Shown piece after piece: positions 28,857-37,793 of a DNA stretch of 64,000 nucleotides. Within the stretch, counting starts at the first letter, position 1. Each line of letters begins with the position of its first letter. The translations under genes were made by a program, and so were the position numbers. The notes beneath the pieces were generated by a model. The model had not been told where the DNA came from and did no database searches. It was given only the letters and a program-made list of their open reading frames with translations. Source of the DNA: an uncultured Comamonadaceae bacterium (GTDB lineage: Bacteria; Bacteroidota; Bacteroidia; Flavobacteriales_D; Sanyastnellaceae); NCBI GenBank assembly GCA_964405405.1, contig CAYONT010000002.1:77907-141906 (forward strand), read 5' to 3'.

Positions 28857-29535
28857 GATCCATTGAAACCAATTCAAACATCATATTACCAGCAGTTTCC
28901 ATCGTCCATATACATCTTTTTCCATCTAAGTACTCCACTTCAAAGGACCGATCGAACTCGAAGACCCGGAGCACGCGAAAACGCAATCCACAGAAGATCC
29001 CGAGCGCATCCAAATGCATCAAAAAGGCATCCTTCACGTCATGCATTCCCACCACCTCAGCCCACACATTCTGCGTCAAATCCTCAATCGACAAAACCCT
29101 CGGGCGCACGGGAAGAACCCCATGGGCATTGGGGATGGGGTCTCCATGAGGGTCCCACTGGGGGTGCCCCAAAAAACGATCCAAACGTTCTACCAATTCG
29201 CCTTGCCCGATGTGCTCCAATTGCTCAGCCATGTCATGCACCTCATGCCATGCGAACCCTAAACAATCCGAAAGGAACACCTCCCAAAGCCTGTGGCTGC
29301 GGACCAGCCCAAGGGCCCAACGACGTCCATCTTCGGTCAATGCTACCCCTCGGTAGGCCCGGTGGGTTACCCAGCCTTGACTCTCGAGCAACTTCACCAT
29401 GCCCGTGACTGAGGCGGGCTTGCTTTGAACATAAGCGGCCAGTGCATTCGTGGAAACCCAAGGTGTGTCCCTCGAAAGGTGCAGAATCCCCTTCAAGTGG
29501 TCCGCCTGGCTGGTGGTGGGGATGGCTTGAGACAT
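28849..29535 (-). CDS. mntR: DtxR/MntR-family metal-dependent transcriptional regulator with C-terminal FeoA/SH3-like domain
   Basis: 228 aa. Winged-helix region (STNALAAYVQSKPASVTGMVKLLESQGWV), the dimerisation and metal-site helix (RSHRLWEVFLSDCLGFAWHEVHDMAEQLEH), and a C-terminal beta-rich domain. Confidence 0.85.
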   Translation of the reverse strand: MSQAIPTTSQADHLKGILHLSRDTPWVSTNALAAYVQSKPASVTGMVKLLESQGWVTHRAYRGVALTEDGRRWALGLVRSHRLWEVFLSDCLGFAWHEVHDMAEQLEHIGQGELVERLDRFLGHPQWDPHGDPIPNAHGVLPVRPRVLSIEDLTQNVWAEVVGMHDVKDAFLMHLDALGIFCGLRFRVLRVFEFDRSFEVEYLDGKRCIWTMETAGNMMFELVSMDHE

Positions 29536-29539
29536 GTCG

Positions 29540-29547
29540 CAAAGGTA
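29540..29547 (-). promoter_or_regulatory. -7 promoter box TACCTTTG for mntR-ZIP
   Basis: Perfect TAnnTTTG on the minus strand, 4 nt upstream of ATG 29535. Confidence 0.5.
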
Positions 29548-29554
29548 AATATTT

Positions 29555-29570
29555 TTTAGGGTAGGCTAAA
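29555..29570. promoter_or_regulatory. Candidate DtxR/MntR-family operator (TTTAGGGTAGGCTAAA)
   Basis: Perfect 5-bp inverted arms TTTAG/CTAAA around GGTAGG. On the minus strand it lies 7 nt upstream of the -7 box of mntR. It resembles known DtxR-family boxes (TTAGG.TAG...). Confidence 0.55.
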
Positions 29571-29631
29571 TAACAAGCAATGTTCATCCAAAAAAAACAG
29601 ATATACGAACCAATTGAAGCATCTTTAGCCC

Positions 29632-30135
29632 ATGACCCGAAGTGTTTTCCTCCTGCGTCATGGACATGCTTCACCCGAAGTCGCCCCACTCACTGACTTC
29701 AATCGGCCATTGAGCCCCAGGGGTGTTAGGGAGGTGACTCTTGTGGTCAACCAAGTGGCAGCTGCCTTCAACGGTCCGGGCACTCTGGCCTACAGCCCTG
29801 CGCGCAGAACCTCCGAGACCGCCGACATTGTCCGTGATGTCGTCGGGCCGCAATTGAGCGCTATGACTTGCTTCGAAAAGGGTTACCTCGCTGATGCATG
29901 GACTTGGCTGGAATGGTTGTCACAACAACCGGATGACCTAGAATGGCTAGGCCTGGTGGGGCACAACCCCGGTCTCAGTGAATTGGGCACCTACCTCACG
30001 GGACATGCATTGGAATTGCCCACTTCGGGTTGGCTCGAAATGGAGGTTTCTGTCTCAAATTGGAACCAAATCGCCCGACACACCGGTCGGATTCGTTCCT
30101 TTGTGGCTCCCAAATCCCGTTGGATTGCATGCTGA
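29632..30135 (+). CDS. sixA: Histidine phosphatase superfamily protein, SixA-like phosphohistidine phosphatase
   Basis: 167 aa with the N-terminal catalytic motif FLLRHGHA and small SixA-like size. Confidence 0.75.
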   Translation: MTRSVFLLRHGHASPEVAPLTDFNRPLSPRGVREVTLVVNQVAAAFNGPGTLAYSPARRTSETADIVRDVVGPQLSAMTCFEKGYLADAWTWLEWLSQQPDDLEWLGLVGHNPGLSELGTYLTGHALELPTSGWLEMEVSVSNWNQIARHTGRIRSFVAPKSRWIAC

Positions 30136-31226
30136 ACAAACCCCTCCCCTGGCGTTCCATTCTCGGTCTGCTCGGGACGCTCATCGCATTGTATGGTCTC
30201 TGGCGTTTTCGAGATCTGCTCGCATACATGCTCTTGGCTGTGGCCATCAGTTTCATCGGAAGACCCCTGGTGCTGGCCATCCACCGCATCCACATTCGGA
30301 ATCGCCCCATCCCCACAGGCATCGGAGCCGGAATCACCCTGCTGTCAATGTTCGCCGCTGCCGTGTTGTTGTTTCAGATCTTTTTGCCCATGGTCATTTC
30401 CCAAGCCGAAGCGGTTCGGCAGATGAACTGGCTCATGTTGGAGAGCACCCTCTCGGATCGTTTGGTTTGGCTTGACCAAGAATTGGGCGGATTGGATTTG
30501 AGCGGCAGAGGCATTCCAAATAGCCAGTTTGTACTCGAGGAATTGGCGCGTTGGCGGAACAAAAGCCAGGTGACCGATTTGCTTGCTGGGTTGCTATCTG
30601 GCCTGAGTGACCTCGCTGTGGCCCTGTTTTCCGTGCTCTTCATGTCGTTTTTCTTTCTGAAGGATGGGGCCTTGTTTCGGAATATGATCACAGCCATTAC
30701 CCCGGATGGTTATGAGGAGAAAGTAGATTCTATCATCAACCGGACAACCGCCCTGCTCAGCCGTTACTTCATCGGACTCGTGATCCAAATCAGTTTGGTT
30801 ACTACCACAGTGACCATCGGCTTGTGGCTGGTCGGTACGGAGCACGCATTTTTGCTCGGTCTGGTGGCGGGGATTTTCAACTTGGTCCCCTACGTAGGCC
30901 CCCTCGCGGGCACGGCCGTTGGGTTGCTGTTGGTAGCAGCCACCTTCGCCGCACAACCCGATCAACTATTTGGTGCTTTGGTGGGGGCTGGTTTGACCTA
31001 TGCCATTGCCCAGCTCATCGACAATCTTTTTACCCAACCGGTTGTTTTTGCGAGCAGTGTAAACGCCCACCCTTTGGAGATTTTTGTGGTCATTGCCGTG
31101 GCGGGAAGCCTCGGAGGTCCCGTGGGCATGATGTTCGCCATTCCGGGCTACACCTTGTTCCGCATTGTTGCAAGGGAGTTTTTGAGTGGGTTCAAGGTCA
31201 TCGACCGGCTTACGCACAATTTGTAA
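30129..31226 (+). CDS. AI-2E family transporter (PerM/UPF0118)
   Basis: ORF trimmed to ATG 30129, which overlaps the sixA stop within ATGCTGA. Polytopic, with the conserved C-terminal block NLVPYVGPLAG...PLEIFVVIAVAGSLGGPVGMMFAIPG. Confidence 0.85.
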   Translation: MLNKPLPWRSILGLLGTLIALYGLWRFRDLLAYMLLAVAISFIGRPLVLAIHRIHIRNRPIPTGIGAGITLLSMFAAAVLLFQIFLPMVISQAEAVRQMNWLMLESTLSDRLVWLDQELGGLDLSGRGIPNSQFVLEELARWRNKSQVTDLLAGLLSGLSDLAVALFSVLFMSFFFLKDGALFRNMITAITPDGYEEKVDSIINRTTALLSRYFIGLVIQISLVTTTVTIGLWLVGTEHAFLLGLVAGIFNLVPYVGPLAGTAVGLLLVAATFAAQPDQLFGALVGAGLTYAIAQLIDNLFTQPVVFASSVNAHPLEIFVVIAVAGSLGGPVGMMFAIPGYTLFRIVAREFLSGFKVIDRLTHNL

Positions 31227-31267
31227 CAATCTCTTCACAGGTCAGGCATCCGGGTTCTGAATGCACT

Positions 31268-31275
31268 TACCTTTG
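31268..31275 (+). promoter_or_regulatory. -7 promoter box TACCTTTG for pyrG
   Basis: Perfect TAnnTTTG, 32 nt upstream of ATG 31308. Confidence 0.4.
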
Positions 31276-31307
31276 TTCCCCGTATTCTCCATCCTCGAAT
31301 TCGGGCC

Positions 31308-33020
31308 ATGTCTCAACCTCCAGCCTCGGAAGCCATCGGAACTTCCACCCAACGCAACAGCCGTTACATCTTTGTAACCGGAGGCGTGAGTTCCAGCTTG
31401 GGCAAGGGGATTGTATCTGCTTCTTTGGCGCGTTTGCTACAAGCCAGGGGCTATTCGGTCACCATTCAGAAGTTGGATCCCTACATCAATGTGGATCCTG
31501 GGACACTCAATCCTTATGAACACGGTGAATGCTACGTCACGGTAGACGGTGCGGAAACAGACTTGGACTTGGGACACTATGAGCGTTTTCTCAACGTTCG
31601 AACCACCCAAGCGAACAACATCACCACGGGGCGCATCTACCAATCGGTGATCGACAAAGAACGTCGTGGGGAGTACCTGGGACGCACGGTACAAATCATT
31701 CCACACATCACGGACGAGATCAAACGCTGCATCCAAATCCTTGGAACGCAGCACAACTACGACTTTGTCATCACCGAAATCGGCGGTACAGTGGGGGACA
31801 TCGAGTCCTTGCCCTACATCGAGGCTGTGCGCCAAATGAAATGGGAATGCCCCCAGGAAACTTTGGTGGTCCATTTGACCCTGGTTCCCTACTTGGCAGC
31901 TGCTGGAGAACTCAAGACGAAACCCACCCAACACTCGGTCAAACAGTTGCTTGAATTCGGTGTACAACCTGATGTCTTGGTCTGCCGCACCGAACACGAG
32001 TTAACGCCTGGTATCCGTCAAAAATTGGCTCAGTTCTGCAACGTGGCTCCCAACGCGGTGATTCAGAGCATTGACGCCGAGACCATCTACGATGTTCCCT
32101 TGTTGATGCGATCTGAACGATTCGATGAGGTAGTTCTGGCCAAGTTGGGGTTGCCAGTGGGTACGGAGGAACCCGACCTCGCTGACTGGGAAGCGTTCTT
32201 GCAGCGCTTCAAGCACCCGAAACAGAGCGTCCGAATCGGTTTGGTTGGAAAATATGTGGAACTCAAGGACAGCTACAAGTCCATCTCCGAAGCGCTCATC
32301 CATGCTGGGGCTGCGCTGGAAACCGACGTTCAAGTCGATTGGATCCATTCCGAGAGCATTCACCCACGCAACGTTGCCGAGAAACTGAACGGACTCCAGG
32401 GAATCTTGGTCGCGCCGGGCTTCGGTTCCCGGGGCATCGATGGCAAAATCGAAGCCATCCATTTTGCCCGCACAGAAGGCATTCCCTTCTTCGGCATATG
32501 TCTCGGTATGCAATGTGCCGTGATTGAGTTTGCCCGAAACGTGTTGCATCTTCCAGAAGCACATTCGACGGAAATCAAGTCTTACACCCCGGACCCCGTC
32601 ATTGACATGATGGCGGAACAAAAGTCCCTGAAAAGCTTGGGGGGAACCATGCGTTTGGGGTCATTTCCTTGTGAGATTGCCCCCGATTCCCTGGCTGCTC
32701 AGGTTTATGGCCAAACCCGAATCGAAGAACGCCACCGGCACCGGTATGAATTCAACAATGCCTACCTGGAGCAATTCGAAGCGGCAGGCATGCGGGCTTC
32801 AGGTGTAAACCCCAGCACGGGATTGGTCGAAATCGTTGAGATTCCAGGACATCCCTATTTCATTGCGAGCCAGTTCCATCCGGAATATGCGAGCACCGTT
32901 CTCGTTCCGCATCCCTTGTTCGTGGGCTTCATTACCGCAGCTTTAAAAAAAGCAGGGCCCGCTGAAAAATCGACCGAACGGACGTTGAACCAACCCATTC
33001 AGGACGAAGCCAAGGCTTGA
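31308..33020 (+). CDS. pyrG: CTP synthase
   Basis: 570 aa. YIFVTGGVSSSLGKGI, LDPYINVDPGTLNPYEHGE, and a glutamine amidotransferase domain with GICLGMQ and HRHRYE. Confidence 0.95.
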   Translation: MSQPPASEAIGTSTQRNSRYIFVTGGVSSSLGKGIVSASLARLLQARGYSVTIQKLDPYINVDPGTLNPYEHGECYVTVDGAETDLDLGHYERFLNVRTTQANNITTGRIYQSVIDKERRGEYLGRTVQIIPHITDEIKRCIQILGTQHNYDFVITEIGGTVGDIESLPYIEAVRQMKWECPQETLVVHLTLVPYLAAAGELKTKPTQHSVKQLLEFGVQPDVLVCRTEHELTPGIRQKLAQFCNVAPNAVIQSIDAETIYDVPLLMRSERFDEVVLAKLGLPVGTEEPDLADWEAFLQRFKHPKQSVRIGLVGKYVELKDSYKSISEALIHAGAALETDVQVDWIHSESIHPRNVAEKLNGLQGILVAPGFGSRGIDGKIEAIHFARTEGIPFFGICLGMQCAVIEFARNVLHLPEAHSTEIKSYTPDPVIDMMAEQKSLKSLGGTMRLGSFPCEIAPDSLAAQVYGQTRIEERHRHRYEFNNAYLEQFEAAGMRASGVNPSTGLVEIVEIPGHPYFIASQFHPEYASTVLVPHPLFVGFITAALKKAGPAEKSTERTLNQPIQDEAKA

Positions 33021-34303
33021 TCGTCTCGCCTGCGCCCTCTCCCCAACGGCCAGGGAAAGGAATGGCTAGGCTCCAATGCCAGCCCAAAGCATGTCCAAAA
33101 GACCACAAACACGACACCTGCCTGTAGCTCTAAAACACTTTCAAAGAGTGCGTTTAATGAAATCATAACAAGCAAAATAAATAACATAGGCTGGTTGTTT
33201 TTCCATGCAATCCAACCCCACAACGACCACCAAAAAACAAGAAGCAACATTCCCAACCAACCCAATGAGACCCCCCATTGCAACCACTGGTTATGCGGGT
33301 TCAAGTGTTTCGTGAGTGCGTAATCAAATCCGGCATCTTGGTATGCTGCATCCAAAACATGGGGAGCATCCCCTGGTCCAACGCCACCGGGATTCTCCCT
33401 CAGCACATCCCATGCACCCTTCCATGCTTGCACGCGTCCTCCTGTTGAGCCCGTCTTGGTGGAAACGGGATGCGCTTCCTCGGCTTCTGCCCCTTCAGAT
33501 ATCCCCAGATCTTGCGCGGCCATCCACCCCAGCCACTCTGAGACCCGCTTGGAACCTGCCAGCCCACCCAATCCGATGAGCAAGGCGAGACTTACCGTGA
33601 TCAAAGACCGTTGCTTCCACGATCGGTAACGTTGCCCGGCCACCCCCAAAAGTCCGGCCCCCAAGACCCAGCCCGCTTTGGAGGCCAACAACCCCAGGTG
33701 AGCACTCCAAGGCAGCAGGAACCAACGCAGACTCCGATTTCGCTTCGCAGTGAGGAGCAACAGCAACAACCCTGCCCAAAGCAAATAAAAGGCCGCATAG
33801 CTGGGGTGAAAAGGCGAGGCCAACTTCTGGTACCGCCAAGGCAATGGCCATTCATCACGCCAAACGAACCCGAAGAAGCGGATCCAGACCCCGGCCATGT
33901 GTACGCACCAGCCAATAACAAAGGCCCAGGCCAAACGTCGCCAAAGTTGTGCCCTTTCTTCCCCCCGTACACGACGGAGGGTCTCCCAAGCCAACCAAGG
34001 AGTCACCATCAAGGCCATTTTCGATTCCATTTGAAACCATCCTGCTGCCCAGTCGTCCGTCCACACCAGTGCCACCCCGTGCGCGAGGTACAGAATCACA
34101 GGGGTTCCCAGCACCCAAAGCCATCCTTTGGGAGTTCCCATCGGTCCGCTCAACCGGGGGCGCGTCCACCTTGCGAGCAGAACGAAGATGCCCCACAATA
34201 TGTACACGTAGGAGGTAAAACGAGGGTTCACCGGCATCACGCCAGCCATGAGCACCGGGAACCCATGCCACAGAAAGGCACTGAGGTTTCGAAGGCGGGG
34301 CAT
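32999..34303 (-). CDS. O-antigen ligase/polymerase-like membrane protein (Wzy_C-type)
   Basis: ORF 32999..34624 trimmed to ATG 34303, which overlaps the upstream GT2 stop as TGATG. About 12 hydrophobic segments and a large loop containing HNQWLQWGVSLGWLG, typical of O-antigen ligase family proteins. The 3' end overlaps the pyrG 3' end by 22 nt (convergent). Confidence 0.7.
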   Translation of the reverse strand: MPRLRNLSAFLWHGFPVLMAGVMPVNPRFTSYVYILWGIFVLLARWTRPRLSGPMGTPKGWLWVLGTPVILYLAHGVALVWTDDWAAGWFQMESKMALMVTPWLAWETLRRVRGEERAQLWRRLAWAFVIGWCVHMAGVWIRFFGFVWRDEWPLPWRYQKLASPFHPSYAAFYLLWAGLLLLLLTAKRNRSLRWFLLPWSAHLGLLASKAGWVLGAGLLGVAGQRYRSWKQRSLITVSLALLIGLGGLAGSKRVSEWLGWMAAQDLGISEGAEAEEAHPVSTKTGSTGGRVQAWKGAWDVLRENPGGVGPGDAPHVLDAAYQDAGFDYALTKHLNPHNQWLQWGVSLGWLGMLLLVFWWSLWGWIAWKNNQPMLFILLVMISLNALFESVLELQAGVVFVVFWTCFGLALEPSHSFPWPLGRGRRRDDQALASS

Positions 34304-35340
34304 CAACGGGTGATTCGGTGGGCAGCTGCCCGAGGGGGAAGCTGGAACAAAATAAACCGGACAACCCCCTCCAAGTAACCCCATCCGTAAGCACCATGGA
34401 CCACGGCAAAGGACCATATGATGCCGGGCACATCCCTGGCCTGGGCTGCGATGTTCACAGCCGAAAACGACGCCCCGGTCAACCAGGCCAGGAGCAGCGT
34501 AACCAACCAAGAGAAGCTCAATCCTACCCATGCATCCGAACCTCGACCCGTCCATTCCCATGCATATCCCAACAATCCCGCTAGGAGAGAAAGTAGGAAC
34601 AACGCGGGCACAACCTGCCGCCAAGTCGTTACAGTTCTATGCTTCCGGTTCACAAACACCTTCCAGTAACCGTATTGCTTGTACTGGCGAAAGAGGTTTT
34701 TGTAGGTAGACCGAACATGGTAGCTGCTCCGGATCCGGGGGTCGAACCAAATCCGCCAACCGGCTTCGTGGAGCCTGAAGTTGAGTTCGTCGTCCTGGTT
34801 CCGAACCAGCCGTTCGTCGAAGAGACCGATCTCGAAAAGGGCCTCTTTTCGGTAGGCTCCGAATGCGACCGTATCCACGTGGCCAGCGGAGCCGCCGGTG
34901 CGGAACCGGGCATCGCCCACCCCGAACGGGGTGCTCAGGGCGGCCCCGATTCGACGAGACGTGACCGAACCGTGCTGTTGTTCCACGATGCCCCCAACGC
35001 ACGCGGACTCGGGGTGGGCCCGCAAGGCATCCAGGTTGCGGCGCAAGAAATCAGGGTGACAATGCGCGTGCGCTCCAAGGATGATCACCACCTCCCCACG
35101 TGCGGCACGGATACCGATGTTCAGGGCCTGGGGCGTGTATCGCAGGGGATTGTCCAGCATCTGAATGCGAGAATCCCGGTTGCTCCAAGCACGAACCCGC
35201 TCCCGGGTCCCGTCGGTGCTCCCGCCGTCCACCACAAAGACCTCCCAAGGCTCTTGGCAATCGGTTTGGCCTTGCAAAGAAGCCAACGTGTCATCGATGT
35301 AATCGACTTCGTTCAGACAGGGAATGACCACGGAAACCAT
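34303..35340 (-). CDS. Glycosyltransferase family 2
   Basis: MVSVVIPCLNEVDYIDDTLASLQGQTD and VVDGGSTDGT are GT2 N-terminal motifs, followed by C-terminal membrane helices. The ORF-track start at 35349 is a TTG; ATG 35340 is preferred. Confidence 0.85.
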   Translation of the reverse strand: MVSVVIPCLNEVDYIDDTLASLQGQTDCQEPWEVFVVDGGSTDGTRERVRAWSNRDSRIQMLDNPLRYTPQALNIGIRAARGEVVIILGAHAHCHPDFLRRNLDALRAHPESACVGGIVEQQHGSVTSRRIGAALSTPFGVGDARFRTGGSAGHVDTVAFGAYRKEALFEIGLFDERLVRNQDDELNFRLHEAGWRIWFDPRIRSSYHVRSTYKNLFRQYKQYGYWKVFVNRKHRTVTTWRQVVPALFLLSLLAGLLGYAWEWTGRGSDAWVGLSFSWLVTLLLAWLTGASFSAVNIAAQARDVPGIIWSFAVVHGAYGWGYLEGVVRFILFQLPPRAAAHRITR

Positions 35341-35355
35341 ACGACCCAAAGGTAA

Positions 35356-35805
35356 TCAGGCCCGGAACGCACGGTGCATTTCCTCGTGCGGAATTCCATC
35401 CTCTAAATAGGCATGTCCCGTGCGAACAAACCCCAGGGATTCATAGAACGGAAGCAGGTAAGACTGCGCCGAGATTCTCAAATCAGCCCCCGGAAATTGG
35501 ATCGCCGCAGCCGCCATCGCCTGTTCCATCAGCGCCCGCCCGACCCCGGTACCTCGGACGCTCAACGCGGTGCAGACCCGACCGATGCTGGCCTCAGGAT
35601 ACTTCTCCCCCGGCGCCAAGACCCGCGCGCAAGCCACGACCTCGCCTCCCTGGTCTCCCCAGATATGCCAGGCGTTCAAGTCCGCACCATCGAGGTCTAG
35701 GTAAGCACAATCCTGTTCCACCACAAAGACCGCTTGACGCAGCTGCAAAACCCCATGGAGCGACCTCGGCTCCATGTCCTGCCAATGGGCAAGGTTCCAA
35801 TCCAT
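35356..35805 (-). CDS. GNAT-family N-acetyltransferase (ElaA-like)
   Basis: The 309-aa ORF is trimmed to ATG 35805 (149 aa), because the upstream part is antisense to the ABC-F gene. The acetyl-CoA motif A RVCTALSVRGTGVGRALM and the LYQLRQ-like segment LQLRQAVFVVEQ are typical of ElaA. Confidence 0.8.
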   Translation of the reverse strand: MDWNLAHWQDMEPRSLHGVLQLRQAVFVVEQDCAYLDLDGADLNAWHIWGDQGGEVVACARVLAPGEKYPEASIGRVCTALSVRGTGVGRALMEQAMAAAAIQFPGADLRISAQSYLLPFYESLGFVRTGHAYLEDGIPHEEMHRAFRA

Positions 35806-35822
35806 GCCGCAATATAGTACGC

Positions 35823-35830
35823 TATCTTTG
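35823..35830 (+). promoter_or_regulatory. -7 promoter box TATCTTTG for the ABC-F gene
   Basis: Perfect TAnnTTTG, 17 nt upstream of ATG 35848. Confidence 0.45.
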
Positions 35831-35847
35831 CGCCCCTCTCCCCTTCC

Positions 35848-37752
35848 ATGCAGCCACAAAACGTCCTTTCCGTCGAAAAACTCTCGAAACGTTTCGGAGA
35901 ACGTCTGTTGTTCGACGAAGTGACCTTTGGATTGAGTCAGGGCCAGAAAGCTGCCCTCATCGCCCGCAACGGAACAGGCAAATCCACCTTGTTTCACGCC
36001 ATCAGTGGCTTGGAACCCGCCGATTCTGGGGTGGTCACTTTCGAGGCGGGCACGCGTTGGGCCCTTCTGGACCAAGAACCCGACTTGGCACCAGAAAAGA
36101 CCATCCTTGACAATTTGTATGCCGGGGACAATTCGGCAGTCCAGGCCCTCCGGTTGTATGAGGAGGCCATGGCTCAGGGTTGGGAGGGCGATCCGCTGCA
36201 ACGTGCCTACGACGCCATGGACCGAACAGGAGGCTGGAACTTCGAAGCCCGGGCTCGGGAAGTGCTCGGCAAGTTGGATTTGCACGATTTGGACCGGATA
36301 ACAGGCAGCCTAAGCGGGGGCGAAAGGAGGCGCATCGCCCTAGCCAAGGTGCTCATCGAAGAGCCCGACCTTCTGTTGCTGGACGAACCAACCAACCACT
36401 TGGACTTGGAAATGATCTCCTGGCTAGAGAAACACTTGGCTCAGTCCGGAATCACTTTGCTCATGATCACCCACGACCGTTACTTCTTGGAGAACGTCTG
36501 TGATACCATTTTCGAGTTGGACCAGCAACAGCTGTTTCGGTACAAAGGCAGTTATGCGTACTACCTCGAAAAGCGCGAAGAGCGCCTCGAGAACGCGCTG
36601 ACCCAGCGGGAAAAGGCGCGCAGTTTGTTTCGCCGGGAGCTCGACTGGATGCGCGCCACGCCCTCAGCCCGGACCGGAAAATCCAAATCGCGCATCGACC
36701 GTTTCTTCGAGATCAAGGCCCAGGCACGGGTTTCGCTGGAGACCGACCCAATGCACATCGCCCTCAATCCCGAGCGGCTCGGTGGAAAGCTCGTCGAACT
36801 CCACAAGGTGGGGCAACGTTTTGGTGAACGGGTCTTGTTCGAGGGGCTCACCCACCATTTTCGGAGGGGGGAGCGTCTGGGCATCGTGGGCGCGAATGGC
36901 ACCGGTAAGTCCAGCCTGCTGGACCTCATGGTGGGACGGGCTGAACCCGCGGCTGGCAAGGTCGTCATCGGGGAGACTGTGGTTTTCGGGCATTACCACC
37001 AACACGGCGCACACTTTCCGGATGAGCTCAAGGTCATCGATGCAGTTCGCAGCATCGCCGAATTCATGCCTTTGCAGCGTGGGGCCAAACTCACCGCAGC
37101 CGATCTCCTAGAGCGCTTCCTCTTTCCCCGCCACACCCACCACCTGCAAATCGGAACCCTGAGCGGCGGAGAGAAAAAGCGGCTACACCTTTTGCAGGTA
37201 TTGATGCGGAATCCCAACTTCTTGATCTTGGACGAGCCCACCAACGATCTCGACATCTTCACCTTGCAGGCGCTGGAGGCTTTCCTCTTGGATTTCCCGG
37301 GTTGTCTGATTGTCGTCTCCCACGATCGTTACTTCATGGACCGCTTGGTGGAACATGTGTGGGTTTTGGGAGAAGACGGCAGCCGCACCATCCGGGATTA
37401 TCCCGGAAACTACACCCAATACAGGCTCGCCCGGGAAGAGCAACTTGAAGAGGCTCGGGCACAACGTGAGACCGCCGAGGTTATCCGCAACCCCCCTGCG
37501 GAAAAACCACATAAGCCAAGCGCCAACAACAAACTAACTTACAAGGAACGCCAAGAGTGGGACCAACTTGAAGGCCGAATGTCCGACTTGGAAAGCCAGA
37601 AGAAAGAGACCGAGAACTTGCTGGCGCAAACCACAGACCACACCTCGTTGATGGTGCTCAGTGAGCAACTACAAAAGCTACAGCAGGCTCTTGAAGACGC
37701 CGAAATGCGCTGGCTGGAACTCTCAGAGCGATTGGATCAGCAACCCAACTGA
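35848..37752 (+). CDS. ABC-F family ATPase (Uup/YheS-like translation-associated factor)
   Basis: 634 aa. Two ABC cassettes (Walker A ARNGTGKST and GANGTGKSS; signatures LSGGERRR and LSGGEKKR), no membrane domain, and a C-terminal coiled-coil tail. Confidence 0.9.
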   Translation: MQPQNVLSVEKLSKRFGERLLFDEVTFGLSQGQKAALIARNGTGKSTLFHAISGLEPADSGVVTFEAGTRWALLDQEPDLAPEKTILDNLYAGDNSAVQALRLYEEAMAQGWEGDPLQRAYDAMDRTGGWNFEARAREVLGKLDLHDLDRITGSLSGGERRRIALAKVLIEEPDLLLLDEPTNHLDLEMISWLEKHLAQSGITLLMITHDRYFLENVCDTIFELDQQQLFRYKGSYAYYLEKREERLENALTQREKARSLFRRELDWMRATPSARTGKSKSRIDRFFEIKAQARVSLETDPMHIALNPERLGGKLVELHKVGQRFGERVLFEGLTHHFRRGERLGIVGANGTGKSSLLDLMVGRAEPAAGKVVIGETVVFGHYHQHGAHFPDELKVIDAVRSIAEFMPLQRGAKLTAADLLERFLFPRHTHHLQIGTLSGGEKKRLHLLQVLMRNPNFLILDEPTNDLDIFTLQALEAFLLDFPGCLIVVSHDRYFMDRLVEHVWVLGEDGSRTIRDYPGNYTQYRLAREEQLEEARAQRETAEVIRNPPAEKPHKPSANNKLTYKERQEWDQLEGRMSDLESQKKETENLLAQTTDHTSLMVLSEQLQKLQQALEDAEMRWLELSERLDQQPN

Positions 37753-37793
37753 CTCGTCTGCCATTCAAACGGCTCCAAGCAAGTCCACGAAGA

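Noticed and set aside
35806-36285. Upstream 160 codons of the 309-aa ORF containing the GNAT gene
   Set aside because: It overlaps the ABC-F gene on the opposite strand and has no GNAT-related sequence. The acetyltransferase domain is complete from ATG 35805.
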